A stretch of 64,000 nucleotides of DNA, from the NCBI GenBank assembly GCA_947593925.1, contig CANQDU010000001.1, forward strand, positions 141,188 to 205,187. Reading direction: 5' to 3'. Source of the DNA: an uncultured Clostridia bacterium (GTDB lineage: Bacteria > Bacillota > Clostridia > Oscillospirales > JAAYOS01). Shown piece after piece: positions 45,667-54,884 of this stretch. A model generated the notes under the pieces. The model was not told the origin of the DNA. It was given only the letters and a program-made list of their open reading frames with translations, and searched no databases. Made by a program: the position numbers and the translations under genes. Position 1 is the first letter of the stretch; every line of letters starts with the position of its first letter.

Positions 45667-46677
45667 ATGGCAAAAATTCTCGTCACCGGAGGCATGGGCT
45701 ACATCGGCAGTCACACCGTAGTGGAGCTCATCGGAAAGGGATATGAGGCCGTCATCGTTGACAACCTCTCGAATTCCAACGTCTCGGCGCTCGACAACAT
45801 AGAAAAGATAACCGGCGTCCGCCCCGCCTTCTACGAGAACGACATACGCGACCGCGCGGCGCTCGAGAAGATCTTCTCCGAGCACAAGATAGACGCGGTC
45901 ATACACTTCGCGGGTCTCAAGGCTGTCGCCGAGAGTCCGAAAAAGCCGATAGAATACTACCACAACAACATCGCGGGCACGCTCGTGCTCTGCGACGTTA
46001 TGCGGAGCTTCGGCTGCAAAAAGCTCGTCTTCAGCTCCTCCGCGACGGTGTACGGAATGACGAACGTCCCGCCCTTCACCGAGGACATGCCCACCTCCGC
46101 CACGAACCCCTACGGCTGGACGAAGGTCATGCTCGAGCGCATTCTTGAGGATATCTGCCACTCCGACCCCGAGTGGAAAGTGCTCTCGCTCCGCTACTTC
46201 AATCCGATAGGCGCGCATGAGAGCGGCCTGCTCGGCGAGGAGCCGAACGGCATTCCGAACAATCTCTTCCCCTACGTCGTCCGCGTGGCGAGCGGGAAGT
46301 TTGACCACCTCCGCGTCACCGGCGCGGACTATCCCACGCCGGACGGCACCGGAGTGCGCGACTACATACACGTCGTTGACCTCGCGCGCGGCCACATCGC
46401 GGCGCTCGCGCGCCTCGAGGAGCAGGAGGGCTATGACAAGATAAACCTCGGCACCGGCAAGGGTTCGAGCGTGCTTGACGTCCTGCACGCTCTGGAGCGC
46501 GCCGTCGGTCGCGAGATACCCTACAAGATATACCCGCGTCGCGAGGGAGACATCGCCGAGTGCTATGCCGACGTCTCGCGGGCAAAGGAGCTGCTCGGCT
46601 GGACGGCGGAGTACGACCTCGACCGGATGTGCGTAGACGGCTGGAACTACATCGTCCGCTCCGGCGAGGGCAAATAA
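45667..46677 (+). CDS. galE: UDP-glucose 4-epimerase
   Basis: ILVTGGMGYIGSH, SSSATVYG and YGWTK (YxxxK) are present. Confidence 0.9.
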   Translation: MAKILVTGGMGYIGSHTVVELIGKGYEAVIVDNLSNSNVSALDNIEKITGVRPAFYENDIRDRAALEKIFSEHKIDAVIHFAGLKAVAESPKKPIEYYHNNIAGTLVLCDVMRSFGCKKLVFSSSATVYGMTNVPPFTEDMPTSATNPYGWTKVMLERILEDICHSDPEWKVLSLRYFNPIGAHESGLLGEEPNGIPNNLFPYVVRVASGKFDHLRVTGADYPTPDGTGVRDYIHVVDLARGHIAALARLEEQEGYDKINLGTGKGSSVLDVLHALERAVGREIPYKIYPRREGDIAECYADVSRAKELLGWTAEYDLDRMCVDGWNYIVRSGEGK

Positions 46678-46800
46678 CGGACGGCGACGCGGAATATCTT
46701 CCGCTTTGAAATGTCGGCTCTCCGGTGCGGCTTGGGAGGGAACGCGCCGGAGATCTCCGACATTCCCCGACATAGATATATAAAACACAGAAAAACATTT

Positions 46801-46833
46801 ACCCGTGCCGGGATACGGCACGGGTCATTTTTT
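46801..46833 (+). terminator. Rho-independent terminator after galE
   Basis: The hairpin acccgtgccg-ggata-cggcacgggt is followed by a T-run. Confidence 0.65.
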
Positions 46834-46888
46834 GTAATGCGGTTCTTCCTATTCGGCCGTTGGAAGCAGCAGCCGCTTCGATATACTT

Positions 46889-47146
46889 TCAGCCCTTCAG
46901 GCCGTTCGCCTGGCGCTCCATGTTCTCCACCACGACATCGTATATCTCTCCGAGCGAGGCGCAGTACTCGAGCACCTCCCACGGCCTGTTCGTGTGGAAG
47001 TGTATCTTTATGAGCTCGTCGTCGCCGACGACGAGCAGACTGTCGCCCTCGAAGTGCGCGATTATGTACTCGTTTATCGCGTCCTCGTCGAGACCCGTGC
47101 CCTCGATGAGAAGCTGTGTGTCGAATTTGAACTCCAGCATATCCAT
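46889..47146 (-). CDS. Stand-alone FakA/YloV C-terminal-domain-like small protein
   Basis: EGDSLLVVGDDELIKIHFHTNRPWEVLEY...GEIYDVVVENMERQ resembles the C-terminal module of DAK2-fusion (YloV/FakA) proteins. The start is at 47146 with an upstream AAGGAAG. Confidence 0.45.
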   Translation of the reverse strand: MDMLEFKFDTQLLIEGTGLDEDAINEYIIAHFEGDSLLVVGDDELIKIHFHTNRPWEVLEYCASLGEIYDVVVENMERQANGLKG

Positions 47147-47290
47147 ACTTCCTTTCCCGGACGGCAAAACGCCGCCGTATCGTTTGCAGTTATTGTACCA
47201 CAACCGAGCGTCCGTGTCTACCTTGCGTATGCTCACCCACGCAGTCCACACCCGCATAGCACCTTTCCCGTGAAAAATTCAAAAATCCGA

Positions 47291-47319
47291 TTGACAATTC
47301 TCTCCGCTTCGGATATAAT
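47291..47319 (+). promoter_or_regulatory. Consensus sigma-A promoter of tRNA-Thr
   Basis: Perfect TTGACA (47291-96) and perfect TATAAT (47314-19) hexamers are separated by 17 nt. The promoter lies about 20 nt upstream of the tRNA. Confidence 0.7.
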
Positions 47320-47338
47320 ATGTTTTGTCGTTTGGCAT

Positions 47339-47414
47339 GCTGGTATAGCTCAGCCGGTAGAGCAGCTGATTCGTAATCAGCAGGTCGTGTGTTCGAGTCA
47401 CATTACCAGCTCCA
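47339..47414 (+). tRNA. tRNA-Thr (anticodon CGU), CCA encoded
   Basis: It was folded by hand. The elements are acceptor GCTGGTA/TACCAGC, D arm GCTC/GAGC, anticodon arm GCTGA-TTCGTAA-TCAGC, T arm GTGTG-TTCGAGT-CACAT, discriminator T and CCA. Confidence 0.9.
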
Positions 47415-47442
47415 CGTCGTCGCGGAAGCGGCTATAGTTCCT

Positions 47443-47475
47443 CAAAGGGCAGACGCTAAAGGCGCCTGCCCTTTG
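47443..47475 (+). terminator. Hairpin after tRNA-Thr
   Basis: The stem is caaagggcag...ctgccctttg, with no strong T-run. Confidence 0.45.
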
Positions 47476-47504
47476 ACTCACTTGACCGCTTCGCTCCTCC
47501 TTTC

Positions 47505-47544
47505 AAAACGCGACTCGCTTCGCCGGACTCGCGTTTTGTTTTTT
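47505..47544 (+). terminator. Terminator-like hairpin T1 in non-coding stretch
   Basis: The stem aaaacgcga...tcgcgtttt is followed by GTTTTTT. Confidence 0.5.
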
Positions 47545-47575
47545 CATAGTAATTTGAGCCGCCTGTCCATTTCGG

Positions 47576-47609
47576 AGAGCCCGAAGTCGTTAAGACTTCG
47601 GGCTCTTTT
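47576..47609 (+). terminator. Terminator-like hairpin T2
   Basis: The hairpin agagcccgaagtc-gttaa-gacttcgggctct is followed by TTT. Confidence 0.55.
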
Positions 47610-47727
47610 CTACTCTCGCAACACTTTCGGAGTTTTGCTCCGTGAACCGCCGTTCCGCCTGAAAGCCTTCATTAGCACGAAAATGTAATCCGTTTTGCTA
47701 ATGATATTTGCTTACCGAAAGAGCATC

Positions 47728-47762
47728 CGAAGGTCATGCGCTTGCATGACCTTCGTTTTTTT
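47728..47762 (+). terminator. Terminator-like hairpin T3
   Basis: The hairpin cgaaggtcatgc-gctt-gcatgaccttcg is followed by TTTTTTT. Confidence 0.6.
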
Positions 47763-47864
47763 GCACGCCGCGTCAATAACGCAACACTTTTCGGAAATAT
47801 GACGTGGCGCTCCGCGCCGTCCCCGTGCTAACATAAAATCAGAACGAAAGAAGGAGGCAACATC

Positions 47865-48338
47865 ATGGAAGAACTGACCGTATCGGTTCGGCAGGGACGG
47901 GAGTCCGTCACCGAGAACTGCTACAAGGCGCTCGGCTGGCAGGTGATAAGCCGTAGCAAAGAGAGCGACACATCGCCCTTTACGAGAACCGTATTTATTC
48001 GCGAGGAACCGGAGCCCGACGGCGCCGCAGAGAAGCGGGCGCGGTGCGAGGCTGTGCTCGCGGAGATCGAGGAAATCGACAGGAGGGTCGAGCGGTACTA
48101 TCTGGAGCGCGTGGTGCTCGTCGGTCTGGCGGGCGCGGTCTGCATAGGGCTGAGCTTCCTGTTTCTGCATCTCGGATGGCACGTCGTCTTTACGCTGTCG
48201 CTGCTGCTCGGACTCTTTTTGTGCTCTATAACACTTGCGCTTCGGCCGCCATTCACGCGGATGGGACTTAGAAAGCTCGGCGTGGACGTCCCCGCGCTGG
48301 AATCGAAGCTTACCGCCATACTTGAGGAGGAGAATTGA
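47865..48338 (+). CDS. Small membrane protein, unknown function
   Basis: It is 157 aa with two C-terminal TM helices. A GAAGGAGG RBS lies upstream, and it overlaps the transporter gene. Confidence 0.55.
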   Translation: MEELTVSVRQGRESVTENCYKALGWQVISRSKESDTSPFTRTVFIREEPEPDGAAEKRARCEAVLAEIEEIDRRVERYYLERVVLVGLAGAVCIGLSFLFLHLGWHVVFTLSLLLGLFLCSITLALRPPFTRMGLRKLGVDVPALESKLTAILEEEN

Positions 48339-48340
48339 AA

Positions 48341-49744
48341 ATGAAAAACGGACTTCTCTCCTCAAAGATATTTGACAGCCGCGCGCCCGCCGAAAAGGTG
48401 ACCCGCCGCGAAAAGATACTCGGCCACTTTATGGGCCCCATCGCCGTGATGGTGATGAACTCCATTCTCAGCAGCTACTTGAACGTCTACTACACCGACG
48501 TTCTGAAGATAGGCGGCATCTGGGGCGGTATGTTCATAAGCGCGTTCCCGATAGTCGCGAAGGTGCTCGACGTACTTACCTTCGTCTTCATGGGTATGGT
48601 GGTGGACCGCACGAAGTCCCGGCAGGGCAAGGCGCGCCCGTGGATACTCTTTTCAGCGCCGCTGATGGTCGTCTGCCTCGTGCTGCTCTTCGCCGTGCCG
48701 ACCGGCAACGACAACCTCACCGCCATCTGGATATTCGTGAGCTACACGCTTTTCTACGCCGTGGCCTTCACGATGTACAGCACGGCACACACGCTGCTCG
48801 TCCCCCTCGCGACAAACGATCCCGTGGAGCGGCAGCAGCTCTCCACCGTCGCAAACACGCCGGGCATGGCGGCGGGCAGCTTTGTGGCAATTATCTTCCC
48901 CTGCCTGCTGGTGCCGTTCATGGGCGTCGTAGGCGGACGGTGGATAGCCGTGGCGGTGGCGCTGGCCATAGTCTCTCTGCCTCTCATACTGCTGGAGTTC
49001 TTCTTCACGCGCGAGCGCGTCACGCAGAGCGACGCCGGCTCCGACGAAAAGGTAAGCCTCTCCGCACAGCTCCGCTGCTGCGTGAAGAGCCGCAGCTGGG
49101 TGGTGCTGATGCTCTACCTTGTCGTGATAAACCTTGTAAATTCGCTTTTCAGCGCGGGCACGTTCTACTACTGCAACTGGGTGCTCGGCAGCTATAACGA
49201 CGGCTATACTCAGGCGCTCTTTTACGCTTTGGGACAGGCGCCGCTCGAAATAGGTCTGCTTCTCTGCAATCCGCTTGCACGGAAGCTCGGAAAGCGGAAC
49301 TCCATGCTGCTCGGCATGATACTCTCCACCCTCGGCGCGGCGCTCTGCCTTCTGAATCCCCGGAGCCTCCCGGTGGTGCTCGCGGGACAGTTCATCCGCT
49401 CGCTCGGACTCATTCCCGGCACTTACATGATCTCAAGCATGCTCGGGGACGCTCTCGACGACGTGGAGCGCGTCAGCGGCAAGCGCTGTGACGGGTTCTC
49501 CTCCTCGGTGCTCAACTGCATCGTCACCATCATGGGCGGCGTCGCGCTGTGCATCTTCAACTTCGGCATCTCCCACCTCGGTTATCGGGCGCCGACCGCT
49601 GACGTCATCCCGGTGCAGAACGGTACGATCCAGACGTTCATCATCTTCTGCGTCATCGGCGTGCAGCTCGTCGCCTATCCGCTTATTGCGGTCATCACGC
49701 GGTTCATGCGTCCCGACCGCCGTCCGGCGGAGAACGGCAAATAG
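48341..49744 (+). CDS. MFS transporter, glycoside-pentoside-hexuronide (GPH) cation symporter-like
   Basis: It has about 12 TM helices and the motif DR.KSRQGKARPW typical of the GPH/MelB family. The ATG at 48341 lies 10 nt after GAGGAGG. Confidence 0.75.
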   Translation: MKNGLLSSKIFDSRAPAEKVTRREKILGHFMGPIAVMVMNSILSSYLNVYYTDVLKIGGIWGGMFISAFPIVAKVLDVLTFVFMGMVVDRTKSRQGKARPWILFSAPLMVVCLVLLFAVPTGNDNLTAIWIFVSYTLFYAVAFTMYSTAHTLLVPLATNDPVERQQLSTVANTPGMAAGSFVAIIFPCLLVPFMGVVGGRWIAVAVALAIVSLPLILLEFFFTRERVTQSDAGSDEKVSLSAQLRCCVKSRSWVVLMLYLVVINLVNSLFSAGTFYYCNWVLGSYNDGYTQALFYALGQAPLEIGLLLCNPLARKLGKRNSMLLGMILSTLGAALCLLNPRSLPVVLAGQFIRSLGLIPGTYMISSMLGDALDDVERVSGKRCDGFSSSVLNCIVTIMGGVALCIFNFGISHLGYRAPTADVIPVQNGTIQTFIIFCVIGVQLVAYPLIAVITRFMRPDRRPAENGK

Positions 49745-49865
49745 AGAGAACCGGCCCGCGCGGCTTTCGATCCGCGCGAGCCGATTTTTTGCGAAATTCC
49801 GGAAACGTAAACAAAACTTTAACATTTCGGTGTTATGATAAAGAAAAACAGACGGAGGTCTCTCA

Positions 49866-50537
49866 ATGCTTCGGATATTGGTCGTGGAGGACGATAAGGA
49901 TCTGAACCGCACGGTCTGCGCCTTTCTGAGCGGCGGCGGCTATGAGACGACGGGGTGTCTTTCCGCAGGCGACGCCTACGACGCCATGTACGGCAGCACC
50001 TTCGACCTCATTATCTCCGACATCATGATGCCCGGCACGGACGGCTACGAGTTTGCAAAGACGGTGCGCTCGCTCGACGAGAATATACCCATCCTCTTTA
50101 TGACCGCGCGGGACGACTTCGCCTCCAAGCAGCGCGGCTACCGCATCGGCATCGACGACTACATGGTAAAGCCCGTCGACCTCGACGAGCTGCTCCTGCG
50201 GATAGGCGCGCTCCTGCGGCGGGCAAAGATAGCCGCCTCCCACAGGCTGGAGATCGGAAAGCTCAAGCTCGATATGGACGGGCGCGCGGCGGTCTATGAC
50301 GGCGAGGAAATTCCCCTGACTGCGCGGGAGTTCAACATCCTCTATAAGCTCTTGAGTTACCCCGGCAAGACCTTCACCCGCACCCAGCTCATGGACGAGT
50401 TCTGGGACGTGGATACCGAGACCGCGCCGAGGGCCGTCGACGTCTACATAACAAAGCTGCGCGGGAAGTTTGAGAAATGCACGGAATTTGAAATAAAGAC
50501 CGTTCACGGTCTCGGCTACAAGGCGGTGATACTGTGA
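49866..50537 (+). CDS. OmpR/PhoB-family response regulator
   Basis: The receiver has EDD...D(ISDIMMPGTDG)...KP, followed by a winged-helix domain ending LGYK. Confidence 0.9.
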   Translation: MLRILVVEDDKDLNRTVCAFLSGGGYETTGCLSAGDAYDAMYGSTFDLIISDIMMPGTDGYEFAKTVRSLDENIPILFMTARDDFASKQRGYRIGIDDYMVKPVDLDELLLRIGALLRRAKIAASHRLEIGKLKLDMDGRAAVYDGEEIPLTAREFNILYKLLSYPGKTFTRTQLMDEFWDVDTETAPRAVDVYITKLRGKFEKCTEFEIKTVHGLGYKAVIL

Positions 50538-51631
50538 GAACCGATTCAAAATTCAGACGGTTTCTGTTCTCCTTGAGAAGCTACGCCGCCTTTTTCCTGC
50601 TGATGTCCTTTGTGATAACCTGCTGTATGCTGCTGTTTCTCTCCATGCTGTCCGGCTCGATGGAGATAACCTACACCGAGCGCGGGATACGCTTTGCGGC
50701 CGTGGCGACCTTCGTAAACGTCATCTTTCTCAGTCTGCTCTGTACCGTCATCGACGCCGTGCGCCGTCGTCTCTTTGTCGAGCGCCCCGTGCGGCGCATC
50801 GTAGAGGGCGCGGAGAAGATCATGCGCGGCGACTTCACCGCGCGGATCGAACCGTTCCACAGCATAGACAGCGGGGACGGGTTCGACGTCATCATCGACT
50901 GCTTCAACCGCATGGCGGAGGAGCTCTCCGGCGTCGAGACCTTGCGGACGGATTTCATTGCCAATGTCTCCCACGAGCTGAAAACACCGCTCGCCGTCAT
51001 ACAGAACTACGGGACGATGCTCCAAAGTCCCGACCTCTCGGAAGCACAGCGGACGGACTACGCGAAGGCTGTCACCGAACAGTCCCACCGCCTCGCCGAC
51101 CTCATCACGAACATCCTGAAGCTGAACCGTCTGGAAAACCAACGGATTTATCCCGCGGCGAAGCGGTACGACCTCGGCGAGCAGCTCGCCGAGTGTCTTT
51201 TGGGGTTTGAAAGCACATGGGAGAAAAAGGGCATCGAAATCGAAACCGACCTCGAGGAAGATGTTTTCGTTGAGTCGGACGACGAGCTGCTTTCTCTCGT
51301 CTGGAACAATCTGTTCTCGAACGCCCTGAAATTTACGGAGCCGGGCGGCACGGTGTCGGTGACGCTGAAAACCGAGGGAGCTTCGGCGGTGGTCAAAGTC
51401 GCGGACACCGGCTGCGGCATCTCGCCCGAGACCGGCAAGCACATCTTCGAGAAGTTCTATCAAGGCGACACATCCCACGCCGCACAGGGCAACGGTCTCG
51501 GCCTCGCGCTGGTGAAGCGGGTAGTGGACATCGTCGGCGGCGAGATCACCGTCGAGAGCGAGGTCGGGAAAGGAAGCACCTTTACCGTAAAGATAAGGAG
51601 GGCGGATGGAGAAGTTCAAAAGAATACTTAA
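50534..51631 (+). CDS. Sensor histidine kinase (2 TM, HAMP-like, HisKA, HATPase_c)
   Basis: The H-box FIANVSHELKTPL, N-box and G-boxes DTGCGI...GLGLALV are present. It overlaps the regulator gene by 4 nt. Confidence 0.85.
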   Translation: MRTDSKFRRFLFSLRSYAAFFLLMSFVITCCMLLFLSMLSGSMEITYTERGIRFAAVATFVNVIFLSLLCTVIDAVRRRLFVERPVRRIVEGAEKIMRGDFTARIEPFHSIDSGDGFDVIIDCFNRMAEELSGVETLRTDFIANVSHELKTPLAVIQNYGTMLQSPDLSEAQRTDYAKAVTEQSHRLADLITNILKLNRLENQRIYPAAKRYDLGEQLAECLLGFESTWEKKGIEIETDLEEDVFVESDDELLSLVWNNLFSNALKFTEPGGTVSVTLKTEGASAVVKVADTGCGISPETGKHIFEKFYQGDTSHAAQGNGLGLALVKRVVDIVGGEITVESEVGKGSTFTVKIRRADGEVQKNT

Positions 51632-52520
51632 AAAGATATTCTGCCTGCCGCCGCTCCCGACGGTCCTCGCGGCGCTTTTCGGCTTTGGATTGATGATCGC
51701 CGTGTTTGCGCTCAATATACAAAACCCGGTCGTGCAAAACGCCTCCTATCTCGCCTCCGCATACGCGCTCGGCGTCACCGTCGCGGGTATTGTACATATC
51801 TTTACTGAGGCGGGCGGCGTCGGAAAGTTTGTCACCGATCACCCGCTGACGAAGAAATTACGCTCCACCACGCTCGGGGAAAATCTGATGACCGACGTGC
51901 GCTTCCGGAGCCGGGTCGCGCTCTGCGTGGGGCTCGCGATGAACCTCGGCTATATCGCGCTGAAGCTGGTATCGGGCATAGTGTACCGCTCCGAATGGTT
52001 TGTCGCGCTCGCGGTCTACTACATTCTGCTTGCCGTGATGCGCTTTCTGCTCGTGCGGAGGATGAACGTGCGGGATACGCTTCTCGAATGGCGGCGTTAC
52101 CGGCTCTGCGGAATAATGCTCCTCTTCATGAATCAGGCGCTTGTCGGCATCGTCGTCTTTATGGCGCACCGGAACAAGGGCTTTGAATATCCCGGATTTC
52201 TCATCTACGCGATGGCCGCCTACTCCTTCTACGCCGTCACCGTTTCCGTTATCAATATCGTGAAGACGCGGCGGCAGAAGAGTCCGATACTTTCGGCGGC
52301 GAGAGCCATCAACCTCGTTAGTGCACTGGTGTCCATCCTGTCGCTCGAGACCGCGATGCTCGCGCAGTTCGGCGGGGGCGACGATCCGCTGTTCCGCCGC
52401 GTCATGACCGGCGCGACAGGCGGCGCAGTCTGCACCATAGTTATAGCCATGGCTGTCTATATGATCTGGCGGGCAAACAGAAATATGAAAAAGCTCAGAA
52501 TTAACAATTCTCAAACATAA
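51606..52520 (+). CDS. Polytopic membrane protein, unknown function, overlapping the kinase gene end
   Basis: It is 304 aa with 6-7 hydrophobic helices and overlaps the kinase stop by 26 nt. Confidence 0.55.
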   Translation: MEKFKRILKKIFCLPPLPTVLAALFGFGLMIAVFALNIQNPVVQNASYLASAYALGVTVAGIVHIFTEAGGVGKFVTDHPLTKKLRSTTLGENLMTDVRFRSRVALCVGLAMNLGYIALKLVSGIVYRSEWFVALAVYYILLAVMRFLLVRRMNVRDTLLEWRRYRLCGIMLLFMNQALVGIVVFMAHRNKGFEYPGFLIYAMAAYSFYAVTVSVINIVKTRRQKSPILSAARAINLVSALVSILSLETAMLAQFGGGDDPLFRRVMTGATGGAVCTIVIAMAVYMIWRANRNMKKLRINNSQT

Positions 52521-52585
52521 CCCCAACGCTTCGCAAACATTTGACCGCTATAATGTATTCAGAAAACCGAAAGGAGCAAAAAATC

Positions 52586-52969
52586 ATGGAAGCAAATAAC
52601 GAGACCTTCACCTACACCTATTCCGCAAAGGAACAGGAAGAAATCAAAAAAATTCGGGGCAAATATACCCCGCCGACGAAGGCGGAGACCTCGATGGAGC
52701 AGCTTCGCCGCTTAGACGCGAGCGCCACGAAGGGAGCGGCCGTCACGTCGATCGCCGTCGGGATCGTCAGCGCTCTGCTGCTCGGCGTCGGGATGTGCTG
52801 CACGATGCTTGCCGGCTGGGAGGTATTCTTCGTCCCCGGCATCGTTGTCGGCGTCATCGGCATCGCGGGCACAGCCGCGGCGTATCCGCTCTACCTCCGC
52901 ATGGTAAAGCGCAAGAGGGAAAAGCTTGCGCCGGAGATAATGCGGCTCTCGGATGAACTGATGAAGTAA
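52586..52969 (+). CDS. Small membrane protein, unknown function
   Basis: An AAGGAG RBS at 52571 precedes MEANNETF. Two TM helices are present. Confidence 0.5.
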   Translation: MEANNETFTYTYSAKEQEEIKKIRGKYTPPTKAETSMEQLRRLDASATKGAAVTSIAVGIVSALLLGVGMCCTMLAGWEVFFVPGIVVGVIGIAGTAAAYPLYLRMVKRKREKLAPEIMRLSDELMK

Positions 52970-52970
52970 C

Positions 52971-53016
52971 AAAAACCCCGTCCGGCGCGCAAGACGCGCG
53001 TCGGACGGGGATTTTG
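52971..53016. terminator. Bidirectional terminator
   Basis: The stem ccccgtccggcgcgc...cgcgcgtcggacgggg has an A-run on the left and ATTTT on the right. Confidence 0.65.
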
Positions 53017-53039
53017 CATCCTCGGAAGAAGGCCTTCCG

Positions 53040-53945
53040 TTACCAGACAAGCTCCGCGAGCATCACCACAAGCGGCATCGTCACGACCGAGAGTATCGTG
53101 CTGAGGCAGACGGTGCGCGCGGCGTAGGGATAGTCCGCGCCCACGCGCCCCGCGTAGACCGCGACGTTCGCGCCTATCGGCGCGGACGCGGCTATCAGCA
53201 CCGCGAGCCGCATATTCCCCGCCGGGAACAGCGAGAGCACGAGCAGCGTCAGCACAGGTATGACGGCGAGCCGCACCGCGCTCACGGCGTAGAGGTGCCA
53301 GTCCCGGAAGATCTCCGAGAGCTTGCCCTCCGCGAGATACGCGCCGAGCACGAGCATTGCCACCGGCGCGTTCAGCGCCGCTATGCCGTCGAGACAGTCG
53401 GAAATGATCTTCGGCTCCGGCACCCGCGCGAAGAAGAACACAAGCCCCAAAAGGAACGCGATAACGAGCGGGCTCGTGAATATCGACTTTGGGGAGCAGG
53501 CTTTCGGGTTCCCCGTCAGCACCGCCTGTCCGTAGGTCCACTGGAGGACGTTCAGTATCGCTATGAGCGCGGTGATGGAAAACACCCACTCGCCTCCGAG
53601 CACCGCCGTTATCAGCGGTATGCCCATAAATCCGGCGTTTGAGAACGCCGCGCCGAAGTTGTCAATAGGACGGCGGCGGTATATGACGGCGGACACCGCC
53701 ATCGAGAGCCCCAGCGCCGCGACCGCCGCGAGCAGCGACCAGAGGAAGGTCGTCGTATTCTCCGGCGTCCGCGCCACCCACATGGATTTCAGGATGACGC
53801 ACGGGATTATGAGATAGAGCATCACCGAGGCCAGCGCCTTGCTGCCCTCCTTGGACACCGTCTTTGTCTTGAACAGTACAAATCCGACCGCTATGTAGAT
53901 AAACATTATCACAAGCTGTCGGAAGATTATCATGGCGTTCTGCAT
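53040..53945 (-). CDS. AEC (auxin efflux carrier) family transporter
   Basis: It has about 10 TM helices, and the family-like N-terminus MIIFRQLVIMFIYIAVGF... Confidence 0.75.
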   Translation of the reverse strand: MQNAMIIFRQLVIMFIYIAVGFVLFKTKTVSKEGSKALASVMLYLIIPCVILKSMWVARTPENTTTFLWSLLAAVAALGLSMAVSAVIYRRRPIDNFGAAFSNAGFMGIPLITAVLGGEWVFSITALIAILNVLQWTYGQAVLTGNPKACSPKSIFTSPLVIAFLLGLVFFFARVPEPKIISDCLDGIAALNAPVAMLVLGAYLAEGKLSEIFRDWHLYAVSAVRLAVIPVLTLLVLSLFPAGNMRLAVLIAASAPIGANVAVYAGRVGADYPYAARTVCLSTILSVVTMPLVVMLAELVW

Positions 53946-54017
53946 ACATTCCTCCTGCTTTCTCGGGTCTCTGCGGCGGAGCGCGTCGGCTGCCGGCGGC
54001 GTCCGCCCGTGCGGACG

Positions 54018-54680
54018 CTACTCCGTCCGCTCCCACGGACTCTCCGCCATCTCCGCGCCGAGCGCGAACGCCTTCTCCTTCTCCACGGGGAAGACGGTCT
54101 CGCGGCGGAGCTTCTTTGCCTCCGGGTCGAACATCGTCCAGTCGTAACGGCTGTAGTCGCTTACCTGGAGAGTGTTGCCCGAGATCATCACCTTCGTCTC
54201 GCCGACAAAGCTGTCAAGCGAGCCCTTGTACCTCGCTATCATATCGGCGTAGCCGCCCTTCGCGTAACTCTCCTCGGGCGCGTTGCTCGTCATGATAAAG
54301 AGCACCGGTATCCTGTGCCCGTTACAGTTCGGGCGCTCTCTGTTGTATGTGAGCGAGCGGAATATCAGCCGCTCGAAGAGCGCACGGAAGCCCGCGGTCA
54401 CGTCGCCGAGGTAGTTCGGCGTACCGACGATGAGACCGTCCGCGTGGCTTATCTTCTCGAGCACCGGCTGAAGGCCGTCCCGGCAGACGCACTCGCCCAT
54501 ATGCTCCGGCAGCTTACACCCGAAGCAGGACACGCATCCGGTGAACTTCTCGAGCCTGTACAGGTCGATGACCTCGACCTCCGCACCCGCGCTCTCCGCG
54601 CCGCGCGCGGCCTCGCGGACGAGTATGGACGTGTTCCAGCCGGTGCGCGGGCTCGCGTTTACGGCAACGATGTGTTTCAT
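54018..54680 (-). CDS. Flavodoxin-like fold NAD(P)H-dependent FMN reductase / iron-sulfur flavoprotein-like
   Basis: The N-terminus reads MKHIVAVNASPRTGWNTS, and a Cys cluster CVSCFGC is present. The start is at 54680 with a GGAGG RBS. Confidence 0.7.
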   Translation of the reverse strand: MKHIVAVNASPRTGWNTSILVREAARGAESAGAEVEVIDLYRLEKFTGCVSCFGCKLPEHMGECVCRDGLQPVLEKISHADGLIVGTPNYLGDVTAGFRALFERLIFRSLTYNRERPNCNGHRIPVLFIMTSNAPEESYAKGGYADMIARYKGSLDSFVGETKVMISGNTLQVSDYSRYDWTMFDPEAKKLRRETVFPVEKEKAFALGAEMAESPWERTE

Positions 54681-54884
54681 GCAAAGCACCTCCGAGTATA
54701 TTGTTGAAGGTCGGTTCGTTCGTGACAGCGCGGCCGGCTCCGAGTTTATCGGTTGCATCGCTCTATTTTGCGTCGCATATATGCCTCGAAGCCCGGCAAA
54801 CGCCGCTGCGGCGCGCATACATATTCCACCAATATACCGAATTATATAACGAGCGCAAGGATGTGTCAAGACCGCGCCATATCA

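Noticed and set aside
47415-53016. A genomic island or prophage remnant integrated at tRNA-Thr.
   Set aside because: There are no integrase, recombinase or phage genes, and by eye I saw no direct repeat of the tRNA 3' end. The gene content is ordinary (transporter, TCS). Only the terminator stack is reported.
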